Assembly: GCF_003918875.1 (NCBI RefSeq)
Contig: NW_025767491.1
Span: 248,001-312,000 of the forward strand
Length of the DNA stretch: 64,000 nt
Reading direction: 5' to 3'
From: Haliotis rubra
Taxonomy: Eukaryota
Positions 1 through 13,637 of this stretch are shown here, one piece after another. Below the pieces are notes generated by a model. It was not told where the DNA came from. It made no database searches and was given only the letters and a program-made list of their open reading frames with translations. The number at the start of each line of letters is the position of its first letter. The first letter of the stretch is position 1. The translations under genes and the position numbers were made by a program.

Positions 1-111
1 ATAAACTCATGTAGCAATATTAAGCTACATATTTTTTTAGTCTGTCAGAAGAATATATAATGCTTAGTGAAAAATGTTTAAAGACTATTTTGCTGTTAAA
101 GTTGGTGAGTG

Positions 112-252
112 TGTGAGTGAGTCGGGTTTCCAGCAATATCACGGCGGGGGACACCAGAAATGGGCTTCACACACTGTGCCCATGTGAGAAATCGAACCCC
201 GACCTTCGGCATTACGAGCGAACATTTTAACCACTAGACTACCCATCTGCCT
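112..252 (-). mobile_element. SINE family A (tRNA-Asp-like head, (CTCA)n tail), diverged
   Basis: Similarity to the full copies in this window. Confidence 0.7.
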
Positions 253-793
253 CTTGCTATTGAGGAGGTCTGTGATTCCTCCTCAGAATTAAGAAATTGA
301 ACAAGAACAGCTAATTGTCGACCTATGACATTGCTATATTTAATTATATATTAAATATTACATATCATTAAATACGTATACATCTATATATGATGTAATA
401 TAAATGATTCACCCGACTGTCAATCTGATATATGCTCATGCATTTTCATGCTTTTGAGGCGTATTTTTCCTGGAGATCTGACAAAAGAACTCTGCACGTG
501 GGAAGATGTAAGCATACCCAAACAATCTGCTATCACACCTAGTCTTTAAAAAAATCGTTTTGGGGGCCCTCGTTAGAAAAAAAAGATAACAAAATTAGTG
601 GATTTTAAAGAGACATAACCGTGTTTACCGTCACTATGTAATTATACGTACTTAGATTTGTCCACTTTCGAACGACAACATCACGTCAGTTGGTATCAGG
701 AAGGGGATTCGTCACGTGTTCACACAAAGCCACTCGGAAATACGCAATTACCTTTTCATTACAATGGAATGACAGCAGGTTTCAGACTCTTTT

Positions 794-1772
794 GTTACCG
801 ATGACGCTGAAGTTAGCAAGTTTGACTTCCCCTACCCAGTTCGGCTAATGCGGTGTCTTTTCGTCCACGTGTTGATTGGTGTCTAGTTGTCTATTGTCCG
901 ATGACGCTGACGTTAGCAAGTTTGACTTCCCCTACCCAGTTCGGCTAATGCGGTGTCTTTTCGTCCACGTGTTGATTGGTGTCTAGTTGTCTATTGTTAC
1001 CGATGACGCTGACGTTAGCAAGTTTGACTTCCCCTACCCAGTTCGGCTAATGCGGTGTCTTTTCGTCCACGTGTTGATTGGTGTCTATTGTCCGATGACG
1101 ATGACGCTGACGTTAGCTAGTTTGACTTCCCCTACCCAGTTCGGCTAATGCGGTGTCTTTTCACCCACGTGTTGATTGGTGTCTAGTTGTCTATTGTCCG
1201 ATGACGCTGACGTTAGCAAGTTTGACTTCCCCTACCCAGTTCGGCTAATGCGGTGTCTTTTCGTCCACGTGTTGATTGGTGTCTAGTTGTCTATTGTCCG
1301 ATGACGCTGACGATAGCAAGTTTGACTTCCCGTACCCTGTTCCGCTAATGCGGTGTCTTTTCACCCACGTGTTGATTGGTGTCTAGTTGTCTATTGTCCG
1401 ATGACGCTGACGTTAGCAAGTTTGACTTCCCCTATTCTGTTCGGCTAATGCGGTGTCTTTTCGCCCACGTGTTGATTGGTGTCTAGTTGTCTATTGTCCG
1501 ATGACGCTGACGTTAGCAAGTTTGACTTCCCGTACCCTGTTCCGCTAATGCGGTGTCTTTTCACCCACGTGTTGATTGGTGTCTAGTTGTCTATTGTCCG
1601 ATGACGCTGAAGTTAGCAAGTTTGACTTCTCCTACCCTGTTCGGCTAATGCGGTGTCTTTTCGTCCACGTGTTGATTGGTGTCTAGTTGTCTATTGTCCA
1701 ATGACGCTGACGTTAGCAAGTTTGACTTCCCCTACCCTGTTCGGCTAATGCGGTGTCTTTTCGTCCACGTGT
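794..1772. repeat. 100-bp tandem repeat, ~10 copies
   Basis: Period 100 (CTATTGTCCG ends at 1200, 1300, 1400, 1500, 1600). Confidence 0.95.
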
Positions 1773-4014
1773 CATCATGTACGTGTTTGAGTTGCAATTT
1801 GACGATCCTCTGAAATTCACATCATGGTGGACATGGCTAGACGAACCAGTGATTAATGTTAAAAGCAAGGCTCTATAACACAATCAACCAATCTCCTCCC
1901 TTGGCAACCTGCCCCAAACAATCCCATGTTGAAGGAACAGTTTTAACCCGGGAACATCAACGCCAGGGTTCCAAACCTCTGGGTAAATTGATAAAACAGC
2001 AATCATATGTATTTGTGTGATATTACGAGGTGTGTTTTTATGCCGCATTAACTGAAGTGCAGTTCTATTGGTTATATGCATGTGTACCTTTTGGTGAAAT
2101 CCACGAACACGACAAACCAGTGTGTGAAGTGTCAACGGTCATAGGGTTCTGTCACACCTAAGGGACGCAACTCTTCACAGAAAACTATAGTAACTAAGGC
2201 GACAGGGCCACTCCAGTATTAAAGGTTCAGCCTCAGGTTCTGAATCTCCGACTTAACATCAGCTCCTTTTTAATTCATATAGGATTATTTGATTCCATTA
2301 AAATCCTACATTTTCTAGATAAGGTTGACTAAGGGTTAATAGACCATCTTCCTCTTTATCAGTGACGGCTATGTCTATTCCTACCGACACTACAGATGGA
2401 CGAGACAAACATGTGGTCAATGGTGTGATCATCGACTGCAGCAGCCGTCTTTCACAAACCGTGTCTGAATCTCTCAGCTTAGTCTGTCTTACAGTCCCTG
2501 AACGACATTGTTGTCCCTACTGCCATTATTTTCCCTGCAATGCTAAAGCCCTACATGAAGCAAGTCTAGATTTCCCTAGGTTCAGGCTGATTGTCCCAAC
2601 TCACTGGGGCTCCTTTTCAATTTATTTTGTTACTATCAAAATTATATAGATTCGGGGACTAAGCGTTAGGCTACTCTCAGCTCATCTGGGCTCCTTTTCC
2701 GTTGAAATGGTGCTAGCTATTATACAATTTCAGAAACCAAACGTCTGTCTATTAGACGTATATGAACGCAATCAAGCACAACATCCAGGTAGCAAACTGA
2801 CACAGCTATAAAAGCAGTGCTCAGCCAGGCGCTCGATCGGTATGCTGACATTACTACAAGTATGCACGTTTCCATTATCGGCACATGTAAACGTGCATGC
2901 CTCGATGTACTGCTAGTGTGTTTCGCCCTCATCCTTCCCTACTCTTTTATCCGATCTGTATACTTGAATATACACTGATATTTATAAACATATTAATACA
3001 TGGCTTAGTATTGATTAGACTAGCATGGCGTCCCTGGTTATAACGTCAACCTGGATAAAACAAACAAATCTTCCTGGACTGGTGTTTGTGTTATAACCAG
3101 AGTAGCCTAGTGCCTGTAATTCTATACAAGTATATATCAAAGTACTATAGTTTGTGATTTCGTATCACGAATAAAAAGAATCATTATTAATTAACCACTT
3201 TAAAAGGCATAATATGATCAGTGACTTTCGGTCGTTGTGAAGTACGGGCAAAATATGGTTACACTTAAAACCTGCCTTTGCCCAAAACATTAAAAAACGT
3301 AACTTGACTAAAACAGTTTCCGAAACACTTCAAACTCAGAAAGTCAAAAACAACATCTTTTAGGATCCTATGAAATACATTCTTATTTGTTTCATTTTTA
3401 TCCCAAACTTTCATTTTTTGCGAGGTGTATGTAGGAGACTTTGTGGCAATTTATATCATATATATTATTTACACAAATAATAAGCTTAACTGAAGAAGCT
3501 CCAAAAATCGATATAATATATTTCAGATTAATGTCATCACCTACAACATGACTTATAACTTCTTGAACAGCAGTGGTGTCTTATCTTTGATATAACTGAA
3601 CAACGAACTTATCGAAGACGATTACAGTTTAATCAATGTTTGCAAAAGGGTAAGAAAATCATATTTGAGATTTCCGTAATGACATTGGTTGTCGCGTCAA
3701 TGCATTCCCATTATTTAATTCAATAAATTCACGGTAGGTTTCAAAACGTATGGTAAGGATAGAGCAACCTACTACTTTAACTGAGTGGTAGACACACATA
3801 TATAACGTATGCAGTATTATTCAATATTACATGTATAAGTACATACCCTGTGTGAGCGGAGCTCTCTCTCTGTGTACAGATGGACTTTATACAGATCGCC
3901 CAAGCCCAACTCTTCCCTTGTCAAAAATCAATTTTATCAGATGCAGACGTGCACTCATCGGCGTGCCACGACCCGGCTTGGAAGATGCACATCTATGCAA
4001 ACACTGGCAGTCAG

Positions 4015-4645
4015 CCCACTGCAGGAGAGGTGGAGGGCGCCGATTGTCGACAAACGTTATTACCGTAACTACCTTAATAAACAGCCCAATGCAGGAGAGG
4101 TAAAGGTCGATGCTTGTCGGCAAACGTCATTAACGTTACTGCCTTAATAAACCAGTACACTATAGGAGAGGTGGAGGGCGCCGATTGTCGACAAATGTTA
4201 TTACCGTAACTACCTTAATAAACAGCCCAATGCAGGAGAGGTAAAGGAGGATGCTTGTCGGCAAACGTCATTAACGTAACTGCCTTAATACACTAGCACA
4301 TTATAGGAGACGTGGAGGGTGAATCCTGTCGATAAATGTTATTATCGTAAATTCCTTAATAAACACCCCAATGCAGGTGAGGTAAAGTACGATGCTTGTC
4401 GGCAAACGTCATTGACGTAACTGTCTTAATAAACTAGCACATAGTAGAAGACGTGGAAGGTGACGCCTGTCGACAAAATGTTATTACCGTAACTACCTTT
4501 ATAAACTAGCACATTGGAGAAGACGAGGAGGGCGCCGATTGTCGACAAACGTTAATACCGTAACTACCATAATAAACTAACACACTGCAGGAGAGGTGGA
4601 TTGTGACGCCTGTCGACAAACGCTATCAATGTAATTACTTCAATA
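4015..4645. repeat. ~70-bp tandem repeat with alternating A/B monomers, ~9 units
   Basis: AGGAGAGGT...GTCGACAAA...AACTACCTTAATAAA recurs. Confidence 0.9.
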
Positions 4646-4682
4646 CACAACCTAAGACGGTATTGGAAAACTTCAGGGCAAA

Positions 4683-4852
4683 GGTGAGGTGAGGTGAAAT
4701 TGGGTTTAACGTCGTGCTTGAGAATATTTCGCTCATATGACGACGTGCATGCGTGTGTATGTGTATGTGCGGCTGCTTGTACTAGCCCAGACTTAAGCTG
4801 GTTTTATAGTGCTAGCTCACTGAGATACCATGCCGCAGTGCAGCATGAATAC
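4683..4852 (-). mobile_element. SINE family B, 5'-truncated
   Basis: 3' half only, TSD CAGGGCAAA. Confidence 0.82.
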
Positions 4853-7844
4853 CAGGGCAAACGTTAGTATTGTAACTACCTTGAAAATTAACACACTACA
4901 GTGATAGGAGACGCCTGTCTAAAAACGTTAATCCTATCGACCTTAAGAATCCGTCCACCGTAGCAGTTGAAGGTTGGAGGGTGAACAGGAAATTCATATT
5001 ATTTTCTGCATTTGACTGCAGTCTTACTGAAATACGATCGCTTACTCTGAACCACCTCCTAACCGCACTGCATCTGACAAGAATAGTTAATTAAATAGTC
5101 CTTACTATAATATGCACGGTAATCACGATCTACGTGAATCCAGTTATTGTTTTATATATAACCACACGTCATAACACAATACTGTAAGTCGTTTACCTTA
5201 CTTAGAGTATGTACGGTAGCTCCTAGTCAAGTGAAACTTCGTCGGTCTCTCGAGTTACCAACACATTGGGAAGGGTTGGCCTTGTATCAATCATTATTTG
5301 CTATGAGGATAACTTTGTTGGATTTAATTTCACACTGACAGTGTGTGAATCGTTGTGAGGGTATTTTTCGTTAATCGTTACACGGCATCACTTCCTTCTA
5401 AGCCTACAGGTGTTACATTCCAACTCCATCTAAACAAAAACACTGCGCAGTTGGTGCCAAATGTTCAAAGCAGATTTTAAACCCCAGCGCAGCATGTGGT
5501 TCCTATACAATTTTAATGCTAAGAACTGGAACAGAATAGAACATTTGCAAACCTACTTAACCTCAATGCTGGTTCGTTCCTTCACTTGTTCGTAGACTTT
5601 GTTTCATTACCGTTTTAGGAATCTCCATTTTTTTTAGCTTGTCAACATCGACCTCGACAGAAAGCATAAACACGTAGGATATTTGATAGTGGTGATTTGC
5701 AGTAATTACGAGCGGGCACAGTCGTATAATTACGACAGACGCTGAACAAACTGATTGTAGTTGACTGCCTCAACCAGCGTAGTGGGAGAGGAAGTAGCAT
5801 AATGTCTTGGTTTACAATAGCGTTGTTTTTCATAATGCATAATTCATGAGTATAGATGAAATGGACGCTTTATATCGAATCTAACTGAAATTCAGATTGA
5901 TTCAATCTAAACTTCAATGAATTTCTGTAACAACATAATTACATTTAGGCATTCCATGTATCCATTAGACATTACATATCGACACACTGCAGTTTCTGAA
6001 TAGCAATGTCTCTCATAACATAATCAATATTCACGCACAAAAAGATGAATTTCAATGACAATCATATTTTTAAATCATCACAAGAAAATGTAAACATACA
6101 TATTGTCTAGAGACAGTAAGAATGATGGTTACGCAAGTAAACGGAGCTGGTGAAATGTCTCACATGCTGCTCGAGCAGACGATATGGAAGTTACGTACCT
6201 GAGACCGACACATGTCTGTTATCACGAAGAGCGTGACAGTGCTGGCATTTCTCGGCGACAGACAAAACATTACATCCCAAACGACACCTGGAAGTATTCT
6301 TTTCCGAACATTCTACGTCCCATGGCGGTCATGGAGTCTCCATTTCCCAAGAACAAAGCACGGTCAATGGCGATTGTTTACAAAACAACTCCAGCTGACG
6401 CAGACGTACGTGCGAAGCAGACGACCAAACGGCATGACGGGGTATGCAGCAGAAGATACATCGCTATCAAAACATTCCGAGAAAGAAGGGAAAGAAATTC
6501 ATTTGGAGCAAATTGATTCAATGTTTTCTTGCCAGCCAAGATGCTCGAATAACTTAGATAGGTTCACTATAAATAGAGTTAGTTCGTCGGTAGTCGAGTC
6601 GTGTTTCCAGGCAGGCGGGGGAAGAAGGGGTCACACTTCTGACTTTCTCATTTAACACTCTGCCATGAATGAAGCGAGGCTGAGAGTTCACTCTAACTTT
6701 TCAGGACAGATGGTTATTTTTAGGCCTCATCACTGATGAGATACAGGTGATTTTAACCGGCATTTGAACCATCATCTCGGCAGTTTCCGGACTGTCTCGG
6801 ACGGAAATTGGGGAATTCTGTGCAAAATTGTCTTACTTGTAATTTCGTCAGAGCATGAGACAGAAAATCGAAACATGCATGAAGAAGTTACGTCCGTCGA
6901 CGTCGTAGAGCAAAGAAGACGTAAAAAAATGAAGTTGTTTAAGTCCAGGCCTGAATAAACCAGACTGGCATTTAACCTGATTTGAGTTGGGATTGCTCAA
7001 CATCTCTTGCCATAAATGCATTTTCTCCATGGTATTGAAAGACTGATATTAGAAAATTGAATCAGTTTCTGAAATCTTTACAGAAAAGGTTGGTCTGTAA
7101 ACTGATTATGGCGTCTTACCCAGACTGAATAAAATATCAATTCCACTTGGTCTCTGAACTCGCGAAAAGCAATGGCTGCAATAGCTTCTAAAATGATTCA
7201 CGCAAGCGACATTCGAAAGTTGTACTATGTCTGCCAAGTTTAAATATTTGTAGTATTTAATAAAACATAACATCAATAACAAATTGAATAATAAAATGGT
7301 ATCATAATGGATCATCTTCCATTTTCCGATATGTCAGATAAATATATACTACATATAGTAGATTGGTATTTAGTTATTCTTGTCCAAGTGATACGTTTAT
7401 ATGGATGTAAACGTGATATCTGGCAAAAGGAACCAAATAACCTATTTATTATATAGTTTCTAACGGATAATATTTAGAAACTCAGAACAGCAGTTAACAG
7501 CGTATTCGAAATAGTTCCGGCATTGTGTTTATTTCACTCCAATGAAATACGGATATACATATTCAGATACATTTAGGTTTTTTTATCACAAAAACACAAT
7601 ATTGTCTTGTATAAAATACTGAGTGTTGAATTGCAGTTGTAATGGGACAAATGTACTAGTATTTACACGAGAACTATCATTATTCATGATAAAAATATAA
7701 AACATCAATTTCATAACATCAGGCAACATCTTTTCCGATATCTTGGATCGATATAGTGAAATATAATATATTCGACATTTACTGATATCAGTAGTTCATT
7801 TTAATGTGGCTCGAAAAATATGTTTGTACAAGTCTTGACAAACG

Positions 7845-8045
7845 TGGTCTTTAGTGCTAGCTCTCTGGCTGAGATACCACGCCGCAGGCTATCTGGAGAC
7901 CCCACTCAGATCCAGATATCTGAATTCCAGGGACCGGTCCATGTTAATCTCCTCACTGCCGAGTACCAGGCAGGTAACAAGTACCATCTATCAACCTGTT
8001 TTTGTATGACGCGACCGAAAAATCGAACCTTCCCCTCTCCGGGAG
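7845..8045 (-). mobile_element. Diverged SINE family B relative
   Basis: Partial similarity to the B-box and central domain. Confidence 0.55.
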
Positions 8046-9382
8046 GATCCTCCGTTTACTCCTCTTCTCTCCGAGTGTAAAGACATCAAACGCGCAATCA
8101 ATTCGCGCTCGGCTCCTCTCGTTCCAAACTTAACAACTCGGTAATCATTCTGTGGAATCCATATTGAAACTGCATTCACCACTTTTACTAGTTCACTTGA
8201 CAATCACAATGCACAAAAATCCTTTGGCAGAAATAACCATTATGTTCATCGATGTTAAATTATAGACGTAATTAATTCTAAATTAATTCTTAAATCTATT
8301 AACCTTAAATCGAAGTTATCTAAAAATAGTGTCCTCCTGTACACACTTGTGTAGTGTACAGTGTACAGTGAGGTATGGCTATACACAGTGTATATTCTTA
8401 TTCTATATCTGCCTCAAGTGCGTATACTACTCAAAAGAAGTAAAGGAATATGGATATTTTCACATGAATTCAGTTCATTATTCATGGTCATGAACATCTA
8501 TTTATGATTTTATCCAATGACTATATAGGTAACGTGTCATGATTACTACAGATTAACTACGACTAAATCGGACGTTCCTTAACTTCTGATGAGCGTATAA
8601 GAAACGTCGTAAGCCGAGTGAATCCGAATGTCAAATTACACTTTCCTGTCCACTAGTTGGCAATATTCACATTAACAGGGATTCACGATATGATATTACA
8701 AGCTGAATTTTAACAAACAAAATCAGATTAACTATGGTGATATGACAAAATCGCATATCGTTTAACTTCAAGAGCTATATATGCAATATACAGATTAAGA
8801 CGAGTGGATCCGAATGCCAAATGAAACTCTACTTTCCTGTCCACTAATTAGCATTAATTAGCAACATTCACATAAATACAGATTAACTATATTATAATAT
8901 TTCAGTCTGAATTTAAACAAATACAAAACAGTTATGAAAACCAGTTTCTTACCTGTAGATCTACCCCACAGCGGGGTGCCAGGTATATTGACGACGACGG
9001 TTACTCCAGCCCCCCTGATACGGACACAAAGGGGGTAGTGTGGTGGCCAGTGGTTCCCGTGACCGGGGAACTATAGTTATGTATGGGTGAGGCTACAGGA
9101 GCTGATAAGCGAACTAGTAATTCGACAACTGTCACGATTCTGTCACGATATATTGCAAAGTTCAACATTTGTATAGTGTGTCTAAACCGAATGGGGAAGT
9201 AAATTGTACAACGTGATATATTTGTGGTTTTGTCAAACTAAAGAGTTTTTGCGAGATAGGGTAACGTTGTAAACATACATGATTTATTTGCCGTTATCAC
9301 ACAACTTGTTTACATATACGTAACAGAACGTTGTTTGTAATGGTCCGGTGGTCTGTATATCAACTGAAATAAGGTATATATA

Positions 9383-9609
9383 CAGTGTATGAAATAAGCC
9401 AAAAATCCAGCCAGACATCAGGGCTGGTAACTTCAAAATGTTATCTGCCCAAAATGGATTTAACCTGACCAAATATGGTGAATTTACTCAGATGTATGGA
9501 ACATCTAAAAAATTTACCAGACAATCGGGCTGGCTAGCTGTAAATTTAGACCGTCTGTCAGAAATCTAGCCCGTCTCGGGCGGTCGGACGGGCCTTATTT
9601 CATACACTG
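9383..9609. mobile_element. MITE with CAGTGTATGAAATAAG TIRs in a (TA)n tract
   Basis: 16-bp perfect terminal inverted repeats; TSD obscured by the TA repeat. Confidence 0.7.
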
Positions 9610-10324
9610 ATATATATATATATATATACATTGTATAATATTATAGCTTTCTTTTATGGTCAAAAACGTGATCAACAACAGAATATCCTATACCGGGTGA
9701 ATGATAGTATACACTTGCAATCTCGATTTTTGACAATACGTACAAACGCTATCACAACCGTACAAGGCCGACAACAATAACAGAAACAATGCACAAAATA
9801 GCAGGGATAGCGACAATATTCCCGCTAAATCACAACGGCCTGTAAGCTCCGAAAGACGTATGAAATATATCATTGTCGAATAACCGTTTCTTGTTTGCTT
9901 CGTATATAGCCAATATTAAACATTGTACATGTACATTCTTTTGCCCGGCAGTTTTTTCAGTCAAAGGTCTTAGAGGTCCGCTTCTCGGTGGTGACAGTAG
10001 TTATCTCCCTTCGTCCACACTTCTGGTATAGCGACACGACAGTGAAGGGGATTGAGGGGCAGAGATTGATGAGACATGCGGCCTTGTGCAAGAGTTGTAT
10101 TTATCACTGGCATATAACACCAACCTATTTGGTTATTTGGTTCATTGTGGCAGGTTTGTTGTCAGTAAACACAGTGCTGTACACTAAGCATTCACAACAG
10201 TCGTCAAGTTCAGCTGAATAATGTTGATTGTTTAGCGGCAATATTCCTGCTATATCGTTTAGTCACTGCGACCAATCTTCGATTTTTTCAATTAATCAGA
10301 CCACCACTAAAATGATCGCGTCTG

Positions 10325-10472
10325 GGCCACGTTTAACAAAGCTCTCGTAAGCCTAAGATCTCGTAACTTTTCTTGTAGCATTTTTACTTCCTATGTTACA
10401 GTATAGGAGATACGAATGCTACGAGAAAAGTTACGAGATCTTAGGCTTACGAGAGCTTTGTGAAACGAGGCC
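10325..10472. mobile_element. Palindromic Harbinger-type MITE
   Basis: GGCC termini, ~55-bp inverted arms, CWG flanks; related copy at 33250-33376. Confidence 0.75.
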
Positions 10473-10479
10473 CAGGCTG

Positions 10480-10596
10480 GGGCCTTATTCTCGAAACGTT
10501 CGTAGCCCTAAGAATTCTTAACTTTGATCGTAGCCAATGTGTTAAGAATGGGCTTTAGAAGTTCGTAGGGTTACGAACGTCTCGAGAATAGCTAGC
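10480..10596. mobile_element. Palindromic Harbinger-type MITE (second family)
   Basis: TATTCTCGAAACGTTCGTAGCCCTA arm and its inverted partner, CTG flanks. Confidence 0.65.
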
Positions 10597-10702
10597 CTGG
10601 TACAGACAAACCAGAGACTGATAGCATGAACAACTACCTATGTCAACTAAGTATCTTGTGATGATACCTCGACATATTAGTTTGCTCATAAGTAATGCTC
10701 TG

Positions 10703-10796
10703 GGCCTAGATTTTCGAAGCTCTCTTAGCGCTAAGATAGTCATAAGTTAATGTTAATGTATGGCACTTACGACTATCTTAGCGCTAAGAGACCTTT
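10703..10796. mobile_element. Palindromic Harbinger-type MITE (third family, right end truncated)
   Basis: TCTCTTAGCGCTAAGATAGTC arm and its inverted partner. Confidence 0.6.
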
Positions 10797-11263
10797 AGAT
10801 ATTTGTTTGTTTGTTTAACAACTGGCTGTAGATTATCACATCACAGGGGCATGTCGAAGTTCTAGATAGATCATATATAGCCAGTTAAAGACAATCAGAT
10901 TCTAGCTTTATAACGGCTTGTAAGCACTCAAATGAATGCTCCTATATGGTATATTTCGAAACTATAATTTGATTTAAAACCAATACAAATGTTTTATTTT
11001 TCGGATAATTCCCAGATGCTGGTGGGATCTGGAACGTCATATTTTTGGAAATATATGAATTTGTTATTTTCGGCGAGCCTCTATATTGTTAGCAGCGTGC
11101 AAGCCTAATGGGGGAAATTATTTTCAGACAAGCCTTTTGTTCGATCACTACTTCAAAACACACACTTTTATCTGTGGAAGGAGCGGTCGGACAAATGAAA
11201 ATCTTTCATGACCCAATTGTTTTCACGGCATACTGCGTATCCAGCGAGGAATATACTCGTAGT

Positions 11264-11412
11264 CGGGCGGTGGGGTAGCCTTGTGGATGCAACGTTCGCT
11301 TGTCACGCCGCCTGAGACCCGGGTTCGATTCCCCACATGGGTACAATATGTGAATCCCATTTCTGGTGATATTGCTTGAATATTGCTAAAAGCTACGTAA
11401 AACCATACTCAC
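11264..11412 (+). mobile_element. SINE family A
   Basis: GGGCGGTGGGGTAG head, B-box GGTTCGATTCC. Confidence 0.75.
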
Positions 11413-12857
11413 TATGTACTATTAGTCTGTAAATGTTGATAAGAGAATTCTTACGTTTTTTGCGACAAAAGGGCACCATACCCCGTTCGGGGATTCAAGA
11501 AAGTTAAACGTAAAATACGTGCATGTCATCAGGGTTTCTCCAACATAGAGCTGACACGTAATTACCATCAATGCTTGTACATAGATCATTGTTGTTATTA
11601 CCCATTATCATCATTGCGTCGTCACAATGTACATTAATATCACCCAGACAACGAGCTCTTTATTTATTATAACGTGTTAATAGGTCAATCTGTAGCCACT
11701 GCATGAAGTAACACAGACTACACAATGTCCTGTCTGCCTAGATGTCGATCACTGCACGTCGGGTTCAGGAAACATTTACCATTGTGATAAGGATATTTCC
11801 GTCTTGTCGATACAGGCCTTTCCTACCGACACTGCTTCTGCCTCTAAGTTCGGTGACACAGTTTTAATACAACCACATCTTATCCTATTACGAACAAGCG
11901 GCTACAAATAATGAGAGTATTATTCACTGCATTTATATCACATGTCTCGGCGGGCCTAACATGTCTGAGAGGAATTATTGTAAATTGTGAACAGAACCTG
12001 TCAATTATACATGGATGAAAACACAACGAATAAACATATCCATATTTGGAATAACTGGTGCGTTGTTTCTTGTTGAATGTTGCATTCATCAATATTCAGG
12101 GCATTGCAACCGTAAACCTATTATATACCGAAGAGCAAAAGAAAGTATACTTCTCAGATGAGTTCATATGTTTGATTATCTAATTGAAAACATCTCTGAA
12201 ACAATAAATATATATTAAAAGGTTGTCAGCTTGAAAACCATACATATAAATGACGTCATTACTCTTCGCAAAAGCAATCATGGTTCGCAGTGAATATGGT
12301 GAGGTATGTTGATTTTGCATAAGCTTTATTGATCGTATGTTTCATTTGCTACTTCTTTCATTTCAGACTTTTAGTGAATTTTGCATTCAAATTGAATCAG
12401 TTTCGTGCTTTTAAACCGACGAGCAAAATATACTATACCTCTCAGTTGATTGTTGCATGCGTTCAAGTTTCAACTGAAAATATCTTTAGTTAGCCATATT
12501 ATATCGGAATCCCCAAAACGAACTGTACTGGTGCTCAGGCAACTGTCAAGGAATATTTCTTTATGGTTCTACTTCTAGAAATGTATTTTGATTTAAAATT
12601 TTGCATTTATATATATCTTTCGCAAAAAGAACGGCTGCAGATGGTATCTAGGAAAGACATCGTATCTCCGAAAATAAATACATATGCTATTTTCAGCACA
12701 ATATTTCAATCACTGCAAGGGTAATATAAATGTCAGTGCAGTTCTTACTCAAGTCTCCACTGAACCAATTTTCTACACAGAATTATCCAGCCTCAGATTA
12801 CTTGTTAAACTGGTATAAGTGAGTATATATCTCGGCATACTTTCTTGTACCACTCAG

Positions 12858-13031
12858 TGGGTGAGTGGGTCAGTTGGGTTTAATACGCCGCTTGTAGCAA
12901 TATTCCAGCAATATCACGGCGGCGGACAACACAGATGGGCTTCACACATTGTACCTATGCATGGGGAATCGAACACGAGTCTTCGGCGTGACGAACGAAC
13001 GCTTTAACCACTGGGCTACCCCACCGTCCCG
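12858..13031 (-). mobile_element. SINE family A
   Basis: Full length, flanked by the CCACTCAGT direct repeat. Confidence 0.8.
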
Positions 13032-13637
13032 GTGCCACTCAGTATATAAGAGAATTGCACATTACTCTGCAATTCAACGACAGCTTGGGGTCAGCTTCTT
13101 CACTCTGACCAGTAAATCTTCTAGTGTGGAAAAGACAAAGCAGTGTTTGATATTGTAGTCACCAGTACACATCAACCAGGTCAGCGAGACTGACCACCCG
13201 ATCCCGTTAGTCAGGTCTTACGACAAGCATGATTTACTGTTCCCTTTTCGTCACGGTTGGAAGGTAGGAGAGAATTGTACAAAGAGCAATATTCTTCCTT
13301 GTACTGTTTTAGATATTCACTCAAAGTTGACAAGCCAGTCATGACCAGGAAGTCCTTGCGTGCCTTCAGACAAGGTATAAATGGACATAAAAGACATATT
13401 TAAAAACACTAAGTTAAGTGCTATACACTTAACAGATGATGACAAGCGAGCCATTATTACCGACCAGGAAGTGGGTGTTGTTGTTGAACAATGCCATTTC
13501 TTTAGCTGATATATAAATGACAACTTAACTACCTGAAGGGGAAATAGATATAGCCATACAAGGTTACGAAATACGAAAAGTCAACTCACACCAACGACGT
13601 CATTCTTACACATCAACCAGATCTCGAAACATCCCCG

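Noticed and set aside
794-1772. CRISPR-like appearance of regular repeats (here and at 29500, 62976)
   Set aside because: Head-to-tail units with no unique spacers, no cas genes, eukaryotic context.
8586-8610. CTGATGA...GAAAC hammerhead-like string (and CTGAAGA near 14377)
   Set aside because: No stem II between the boxes in the first; no GAAA box in the second.
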